Shown here: positions 56,892 to 64,000 of the stretch, one piece after another
Layout: each line of letters begins with the position of its first letter
How positions within the stretch are numbered: position 1 is the first letter of the stretch
NCBI GenBank assembly: GCA_002811645.1
Contig: PDIP01000011.1
Location: forward strand, 214,133 to 278,132
Reading direction: 5' to 3'
Length of the DNA stretch: 64,000 bases
Origin: Corallochytrium limacisporum Hawaii
Taxonomy: Eukaryota > Protista > Pluriformea
The notes under the pieces: model-generated
What the model saw: only the letters and a program-made list of their open reading frames with translations
What the model was told of the DNA's origin: nothing
The model's database searches: none
Made by a program: the position numbers and the translations under genes

Positions 56892-58226
56892 ATGGTTGCC
56901 CCCGGAGCTTACTGGAACTACCTGCTCTCCACCTGGAGGGCATTTGAGCCGGCCATGAACGTCATTGATCTCGATCCTACGAATGTGACTCCGGCAAATA
57001 TTGCCACCGTTCAGAGCCAGGGTGGTTTTGTCATTTGCTACTTCTCTGCAGGAACCGCTGAGGACTGGAGAGATGACTACAATGACTTTCCCAGCAGTGC
57101 AATTGGTAACTCTCTTCCCAGTTGGCCAGGCGAAAAGTACATTGATATCCGCCAGCAATCCGTTGTGGAAATCATGTACAGGCGCCTTGATAGTATGGCA
57201 GCTGCAGGATGCGATGGTACTGAACCCGATAACGTTGACGTCTTCAACAACAATAGTGGATTCAACCTGAGCAAGCAGGATGCCGCCGAGTATGTCACCA
57301 AACTGGCCAATTATGCCCATGGCAAGGGCATGCAGTTTGCTCTGAAGAATGCCCCCAGTTTGATCTCCGATGTGCTGTCTGTGTCTGATTTTGCTGTCGT
57401 CGAGCAGTGCGTGCAGTACAATTTCTGTGATGACTTTGACGCATTCATTTCTGCGGGCAAGCCAGTGTTTGCCATTGAGTACTCCGGCAGCGAGACGAGC
57501 ATTTGCAACAGTCTCCTTAGCCACGGATTTTCTGGGATCAAGAAGGACCTCAACCTCGATCAATACCCTCTGACCGTCTGCACATCTGACCCCGATAACT
57601 TCACAGCTGGTGGCATCTACGTTCCTGATTCCAAGGGATCCAACTACGTCAAGTTTACTACGGGCAAGACCACATCCGTGGCGCCGACATCGTCGTCGAC
57701 CAGCACCCAGACCAGCACCAGCACCGCCTCTTCCAGCCAAACGTCAAGCACCACTACTTCCACAACCAGTTCAGATGCGCCGCCGGCCGGTGGATGCAAT
57801 GAGTACACTGTAAGGGGTTCGGGTGCTGAGTGCTGGTTTGCAAGGGGAACCTTCAATTGTGCCGTGTGCAAGAATGGAGGCTGCCAGTGCGGATCTTCCA
57901 ATCCAAACGCGTGTGTGAAATGTGGCCGTGGTGATGATTGTGAAAGAGCACCGGCCTGCGGAGGTGATGACAACGGAGGTGATGACAACGGAGGTGATGA
58001 CAACGGAGGTGATGACAACGGAGGTGATGACAACGGAGGTGATGACAACTGCACTCTGAACGAATGGACCGAATCATCTTCCGGTGCCCGTTGCTATTTC
58101 GATTCAGGTCGCTTCGACTGTGCAAAGTGTGCAGCTGGTGGGTGCCAATGTGGATCAGGCAATCATCGTTCCTGTGTACAGTGCGGCCGTGGTGGTGACT
58201 GTGACAGTGCACCTCAGTGCAACTAA
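56892..58226 (+). CDS. GH114 endo-alpha-1,4-galactosaminidase-like domain, S/T linker and two 10-Cys modules
   Basis: VICYFSAGTAEDWR.D, WPGEKYIDIR, GCDGTEPDNVD (nucleophile Asp), LKNA, AVVEQC (acid/base Glu), GKPVFAIEY. First ATG at 56892 follows an in-frame TGA at 56865. Confidence 0.92.
   Translation: MVAPGAYWNYLLSTWRAFEPAMNVIDLDPTNVTPANIATVQSQGGFVICYFSAGTAEDWRDDYNDFPSSAIGNSLPSWPGEKYIDIRQQSVVEIMYRRLDSMAAAGCDGTEPDNVDVFNNNSGFNLSKQDAAEYVTKLANYAHGKGMQFALKNAPSLISDVLSVSDFAVVEQCVQYNFCDDFDAFISAGKPVFAIEYSGSETSICNSLLSHGFSGIKKDLNLDQYPLTVCTSDPDNFTAGGIYVPDSKGSNYVKFTTGKTTSVAPTSSSTSTQTSTSTASSSQTSSTTTSTTSSDAPPAGGCNEYTVRGSGAECWFARGTFNCAVCKNGGCQCGSSNPNACVKCGRGDDCERAPACGGDDNGGDDNGGDDNGGDDNGGDDNGGDDNCTLNEWTESSSGARCYFDSGRFDCAKCAAGGCQCGSGNHRSCVQCGRGGDCDSAPQCN
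57960..58049 (+). repeat. Perfect coding tandem repeat, 15 bp x6 (GGAGGTGATGACAAC = GGDDN)
   Basis: Directly visible; all six units are identical. Confidence 0.98.
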
Positions 58227-58889
58227 GTGGTCAAGAACCTGGCAGGGCATCGGGACAAAGTCGCGGGCTCGACGTCATTCTTATTATCTTCTTTGATCAA
58301 GTCGGTTTCCTTGCTTCCTAGCCTTGGTTCTTATGTCGCCATAAAGTATTATATATTCCATTCTCAGTTAAGCCAGTGTTGGTGATTTTATGGATGCGCA
58401 TCAGCATCCGAATCTACCCTCAGCTCATGTGTCCAAAGTTTAGAACAACGATGGAGAAAGAATTGTTTTCCCGTTTTGTAATAGCAGAGCATTCAGTAAA
58501 GGAACATCAATGAGAAGGCAGCAAGACGGACCCAACGACGACGGATGAGATAGGTGGTGTACCCAACCACCGGCCCCCCGGGGGGGGGGTTCCGGTGGTT
58601 CCCTTTCCTCATTTCCTCAACGGGCAAGAAATCCACGGGCCCATGACACAGGCACGACGTCAGAACAACCTGGCCGGTCAGCTCTGGATCGCGGGACCCA
58701 CTGTTCTCGTCGGCAAGGAGGTGTACCAACCCGTACTGAACCTCTCCCGGATCCCTATCCCCGTTCCAATACAAAAATAAACAGAAAAAAGTTGATAGAG
58801 TAAAATAGATCATCGTTCTGTACAAGAAGGTACTGCCCTTCCCTCGGCATTGGGCCCTGTCTAATAGCCTTCCGCATCCACAATACATA

Positions 58890-59090
58890 ATGTACTGGCA
58901 CTGCAAACCCTGCCCGCCGCCGTACAAAATGTACTGGAACTGCAAACCCTGCCCGCCGCCGTACAAAATGTACTGGCACTGCAAACCCGGCCCACCGCCG
59001 TACAAAATGTACTGGCACTGCAAACCCGGCCCACCGCCGTACAAAATGTACTGGCACTGCAAACCCGGCCCTCCGCCGTACAAAATGTAC
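58890..59090. repeat. 39-bp minisatellite, 5 units plus a partial unit
   Basis: Unit ATGTACTGGCACTGCAAACCC(T/G)GCCC(G/A/T)CCGCCGTACAAA at 58890, 58929, 58968, 59007 and 59046, partial at 59085. Confidence 0.97.
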
Positions 59091-60471
59091 ACTGCCCCAG
59101 CAAAAGTTACCAACCGCCTCCCTCCCCTGCGCACGGTGCCGGTCCCCCTGCCCCGCAAAACGAAAATTTCAGGCAAAAAACCCTGGACTCTTTGGCCCAC
59201 CTGCGAAGCCCAGTTCTTTTTCCTTCCCCTGCGCCCTTCCCCACCTTCCCTCCCTTCCCTTCCTCAGACGATTGCCGTTCCTGCGCCAAGGATCATACAG
59301 GCACTGTCTTTCCTTGCGTTCCCGTCCAGACCACGCGGAGGCTAGTCTGCGACATACGAGAAACATTCCGACACCTGCAGGAAAACAGGGCATACAATTA
59401 ATACTGAAAATAAGGTCCCGTTCGTTGCCGGGGTGAGCAGCCGCCAGTTCACCATTCGCCTATCATCCGTCCTTTGCTCCACTGTCGCGAAAACAGGCCC
59501 CCAGTTGGTCTACTTTGGAAGAAAAGTGTAGCATGCCATTCGTCTTCTGCAGGTAGGGCAGACCCATTCTTTGATTGGGCAGTGCTACCACTGCTTGAAA
59601 AGAATTGAATACACCCCCTGATGCGCATCTCGTACGCCCCACACATGGTAGATGTGTATTGAATACACCGCTTGGACTATCCATGGAGTACGCGACCAAC
59701 CGACCGTACGGAGGAGGGCACGGCGTTTGTGTATATTGCAAGTAGGCGAGCCAGCGCTTTGAATGGTACTTGGCCCAAATCGCAGGAACGGATCTCACTA
59801 AATTCTTTATTATCTCCCAGTTTCCCGCCCCCGCCCTCTCATCTCTTCTGGCGTGTAGTGCGCAGTAAGCGTGACACAGAATCCAAGAAAACGACAGTTG
59901 AACAAGCGCGGCACACAATAAAAACCAAGGAAATCGGTGGACAAGGGCCCCTGAAGGAGGGAAAGGCACGGGAAAGGGAGGGCCGCATCAACTCAGCTTC
60001 CTTCCATATGGGTACGGGAGGGTTCCCTTTCCGGCAGGACACTGGCACGTACTTTCCGTGGTACCCTGGAGCCCTGCACACCATGTAATTGCCGGATCAC
60101 CGGAAATGAAAATGGCGGGCTGGTTGAGTTTCTACCGGGCGTCGACGGGGTGGGTGGTCATGCAAACTCTATGTGGGTGAGGGAATTTGCATGATTATCA
60201 GAGAACCGATACAGCTCGACAACGACATTTTTCCACAAGTTTCAGCTCAAGTGCATACAAGTCTGGAGAGGATGGTGCAGAGAATGTTGGAGTTGACCTC
60301 CAGAGATTGACCTCAGGTATTTCGGTAGTCCAGATCTCAAAGGAACTATAGATGAGATTCCTAATGCTTGTGGCAGCTTCAATAAATGCCGTCAACGGAC
60401 GTATCCAATCTGCCTTTGAGTTTGAGCTTGGGAAGCCATTTGGCAATAAACAGACCGAACGACTAGCAACC

Positions 60472-60771
60472 ATGCGCAACCTGTTGGCAATTGCGCTGCT
60501 TGCGTGCGCTACGGAGGTAGCCATTGCTGCTCCTTCAGCGACATGTGGAGACATCGGCTTTTCCCCGTGTAAGACGGGCCATTGCTGTTCCGGGTATTGC
60601 GGAATGAAGGGTTCCTGGTCCGATGCCCCAGAATGTCTGCCGTACGTTCAGGCTGGCGGACTATGCCATTACTTGGATGATTATGGGTGGAACAACATGG
60701 AATGCCAGCCTCCCAACCTGAAATGTAGTCACACCACAGGACAGAAGGTGGGTAAATGTATCCCAAAGTAG
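60472..60771 (+). CDS. Small secreted cysteine-rich protein (99 aa, 10 Cys in mature part), prokineticin/colipase-fold-like
   Basis: ATG in good context (gcaaccATG), signal peptide MRNLLAIALLACATEVAIA, even Cys count in the mature chain, CC doublet, CLP....G.LCH and PNLKCS. Confidence 0.8.
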   Translation: MRNLLAIALLACATEVAIAAPSATCGDIGFSPCKTGHCCSGYCGMKGSWSDAPECLPYVQAGGLCHYLDDYGWNNMECQPPNLKCSHTTGQKVGKCIPK

Positions 60772-61286
60772 ATGTTGGCCAAGATGCTTTTGAAGTATGA
60801 ATGGTCGACACTTCTTTTACTGTTGTTAAACCCCAATCCCAAATGAACAACCACAGCTGAGCCCAGCGTGTCGTGCACCGTTTCCCTGACGCAATGCGAC
60901 GCGAATCATTTCCAAACGCAAATCTCGTCGTAAACAAAGTTCCTTCCCCTTTGGGTTGACTTTCTTCAACATGGTCGACGATGAGAAACCATCTGATCCA
61001 CAGCATGGCACTTAATAGATAGTAAATTTACTAATACTCAACTGAAGTATAGATATCACCGTGGCACCATAAAAAGTCATTGAATACTCAAAGGGATATG
61101 TAGAAAATATGAATTCGCCTAACAATCAAGTCTGTTACACGTAACCTCCAATGCACTCTGCAGGAAGACACATTGGAATGAAGGAAGCAAGCCGCCTCTG
61201 CTGAGGGCACTGGTGGTTTGACATGAGCCCCACGTATAGTAGACTGCTTTACAGATCTGCGATGGTCACTACCGTCCCTTGTACGT

Positions 61287-62312
61287 TCAGTTCATTTTGA
61301 GTACAGCCCGGAAACGGGGCTTGCCGGCCATCATGTCGTCGTAAGCCTGCTGGGCGTCGGCGAAGTCATACACTTCATTCATGGACTTGCAGCCAGTCAA
61401 TTGTGCGAAAGACACCGTGTCCGCAGAATCAGTCGCCATTCCGGATGCAACTCCGCATACTTCGCCGCGGTTCGGGATGAGCTGGAAAGGACTCAATGGG
61501 AAAGTGTTGGCATCGGCCCCAGCAAGGAGAAGTTTGCCATTGACACCTAGAGCAGACAACAGCGGAGCCATCGACTCCGCCGCAGGCGCAGTTGCGATGA
61601 TCAGGCGGGCACCGCCATAGCCGCTGAATGCCTCTTGGGCAGTTTGCTTGCTGAGATCCACAAAAATATGTGCACCCAGCCTCCGGGCCAGCTCTTCCTT
61701 CCTGTTCGAAGTGGAAATAGCCGCCACACGGAATCCCATGGCTTTTGCAAACTGGACGGCTAGGTGTCCCAAGCCGCCGATTCCTTGGACTGCGACGAGA
61801 TCGCCTGGCATGAGATTGTCACCCAGGAGTCGGCGAATAGCGTGGAAGACAGTTACACCGGCACATAACAAGGGAGCAGCTTCGACAGCGTCAGTGCCTT
61901 CTGGCATCTCGGCACAGCCACTCCAGTCGGCAATCATGTACTCCGCGTAGCCACCATCAACATGGATGCCGCTCACAGCTCCCTTCTTGCAGAAGAACAT
62001 GTTGCCTTCACGACAGAGACGGCAGGTACCGCAATGGTTATGGTGCCATCCTACACCAACCAGAGCACCCACTTGCGGGAACTTCACTCCTTCGCCCACC
62101 TCTTCCACAACACCGATGACTTCATGGCCAGGCACGCGCGGCAACGTTATACCGGGATAGCCCGCAGAGACAGTAAAGACATCGGAATGGCAAACACCAC
62201 AAGCCTTCACCTTGAGAAGGACCTTGCCTGGTCCGGGTTTCGGGATGTCACGCTCTTCGAACGTAAACTTGCCATTGGCTTCGTTGATTACAGCAGCTTT
62301 GTACTTACCCAT
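61287..62312 (-). CDS. Zinc-dependent alcohol dehydrogenase (MDR superfamily, CAD-like/AdhP-like)
   Basis: CGVCHSD, PGHE, structural Zn CGTCRLCREGNMFFC, APLLCAGVT, GIGGLG, RFRAVL. Start at MGKYKAAV (62312). Confidence 0.95.
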   Translation of the reverse strand: MGKYKAAVINEANGKFTFEERDIPKPGPGKVLLKVKACGVCHSDVFTVSAGYPGITLPRVPGHEVIGVVEEVGEGVKFPQVGALVGVGWHHNHCGTCRLCREGNMFFCKKGAVSGIHVDGGYAEYMIADWSGCAEMPEGTDAVEAAPLLCAGVTVFHAIRRLLGDNLMPGDLVAVQGIGGLGHLAVQFAKAMGFRVAAISTSNRKEELARRLGAHIFVDLSKQTAQEAFSGYGGARLIIATAPAAESMAPLLSALGVNGKLLLAGADANTFPLSPFQLIPNRGEVCGVASGMATDSADTVSFAQLTGCKSMNEVYDFADAQQAYDDMMAGKPRFRAVLKMN

Positions 62313-63970
62313 GGCGGTCGCTAAGTTGATGTCCGATTCAGAATAGCCAAGTAAATTCGAGCTTAAATTTATAATGCCAGGATTGTTCCCGGGGTTGACG
62401 TCCCGATACATCACAAAATACCTGCCATTACCGTGCAACTATGGTACATGGTTGTCCACATGCAAAACAACACAATTCTCGCTACCATCATGATGGGAGT
62501 TATCGCGCTGGTTGGAAGAGTTGCCACCAGGATCCCTGAACAGTTATCACTTGTATCACAATGCAAGCTGCTTAGATCACAACCACTTCTACGTCAAATG
62601 AAAACATAACATATTGCTGCGTGCGACCATATTAATTGTTCTTATCTCCTGCACTGCGTCGCAGTATTTGGTACCCCTCCCTTGCAAGCTGATCATCTCG
62701 TGACAAAGGGCATTCCTGAATAGAAAAAGAGAAGGTAGGCTCTCGTCATACGTACGACTGCGCAGTCCACAGGACCACCTCCCGGAGAACTATAGGACGG
62801 ACACTCCGATAAGGCCGGGGAGGGTACGAAGGCACCAAAAACACCAGAGTCCCAAGTTCTTTTTGAATAGAAGCACACAGAGTATCACAAAACAGATCGA
62901 CGGGGTAACCCCTGACCAACTCCGCGGTACCTTGGTACACTCTAGTACCTGGAAGAACTCCCCTTCTTTGGTACCACCGTATCCAACACCACTTATCAGC
63001 GGTTGTGGTAAAGGAAATCACATTTGTCAATCTACCTCTACCAATTCCTTATAGATTTCCGCCCTGCCCTTGGTTAGTCAACATACGTAAGGCTCGTTCG
63101 TCAGAGAATTGGATTTTGACAGGTTAGGACGAAAGAAAGATAATGGACCCCAGTCCCGTACCAACTTCGATACACTGGGGACCCCCCCCCCGGGGGCGTT
63201 CCTATGCTATTACTAGAAAGTGTGGGCGACGATCCGTAATAGCGATTTTGAATCTCAGGAACACTGAAGTGAGCATGTTCAGAGGGAACAGTCCTGGAAA
63301 GCACAGGGCATCAGAAGCGTCAGACCGGTGCGCATTATATGCTTAAATCAGTTGCGGAACAAGATCTGGTACTGGTGGCAATCTTTCGTCTCTGCCACAG
63401 GGTGTGCTCAATGAGAGGCACACACGTCTCTCACAGACCCTCGTCGTTGGCTCCGCGTATCTCCGCGGTCACCCTTGAGTATTGCGATCTCCATACTAAT
63501 TGAATTGTCGTATCCACAGATTTTTCTTCGATTGATGACATATAAGTTACCAACCTAGAGATGTGTACCAACGTGTAATACTTCAATAGTGGGATCAGTA
63601 TTCCATTACAAGTTGCGCGGCATTGAATTGGTGGGGGTGAAAAACACTGAGTTGCGCTCTTTGCTCTCCTTCTTTTCAACTGCTCTTTGAATTTTTCGCA
63701 AGTGATATGCGTGCACATTTGAGCAGCCTCTGACCCAAACGGTAGAAGGATCTAGCCACATAGTAAACTAAGTGCCGTAATGAAAGGAGGAGAATCCGAT
63801 TTACATCGCCTTCCATGGAAGGGTTGGCCCCTTCACTACAGTTGGTAAACACCAGACTATTTGATTATTGTTGATTTGAATATTCATCTGACTACAGTAG
63901 AGGATCCATTCATGGTGATCTACTAACGAGTCTGTTATTACGTCTTGGATGCTTATCCTTAAGACCACTG

Positions 63971-64000
63971 CTAGGGTTAGGTTAGGTTAGGGTTAGGGTT
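63971..64000 (+). repeat. Start of telomeric repeat tract (CTAGGG TTAGG TTAGG TTAGGG TTAGGG TT)
   Basis: G-rich strand runs 5'->3' toward the window end, the correct orientation for a right chromosome end. Only 30 bp are visible. Confidence 0.85.

Noticed and set aside
58890-59090. CRISPR-like array
   Set aside because: Units are contiguous with no unique spacers, there are no cas genes, and the context is eukaryotic; it is a minisatellite.

Overview
Eukaryotic chromosome end: the window terminates in TTAGGG-type telomeric repeats on the + strand. All confidently called CDSs are intronless, including an 11.7-kb Furry ORF. The gene content (paraplegin-like m-AAA protease, type-1 GMP reductase, Golgi mannosidase II homologue, TAF1C-like protein, CaMKI/IV-like kinases, Furry) suggests an intron-poor unicellular opisthokont/holozoan; Corallochytrium would fit, but that is inference only. 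About 17 protein genes are called. 1-19.4 kb is a compact housekeeping block that includes a GH38 homologue missing from the ORF track, which appears catalytically dead. 19.4-50 kb has long microsatellite-rich intergenic regions around a carnitine acyltransferase/PEX11 pair, an LRR-SAP protein, two tandem CaMKs and Furry. 52-64 kb is a subtelomeric accessory zone: an SDR, a GH114 galactosaminidase fused to two unrecognised 10-Cys modules, a 39-bp minisatellite, a small secreted prokineticin/colipase-like protein, a Zn-ADH, then the telomere. No rRNA, tRNA or CRISPR array was found. All family calls come from motif recognition by eye, not database searches.
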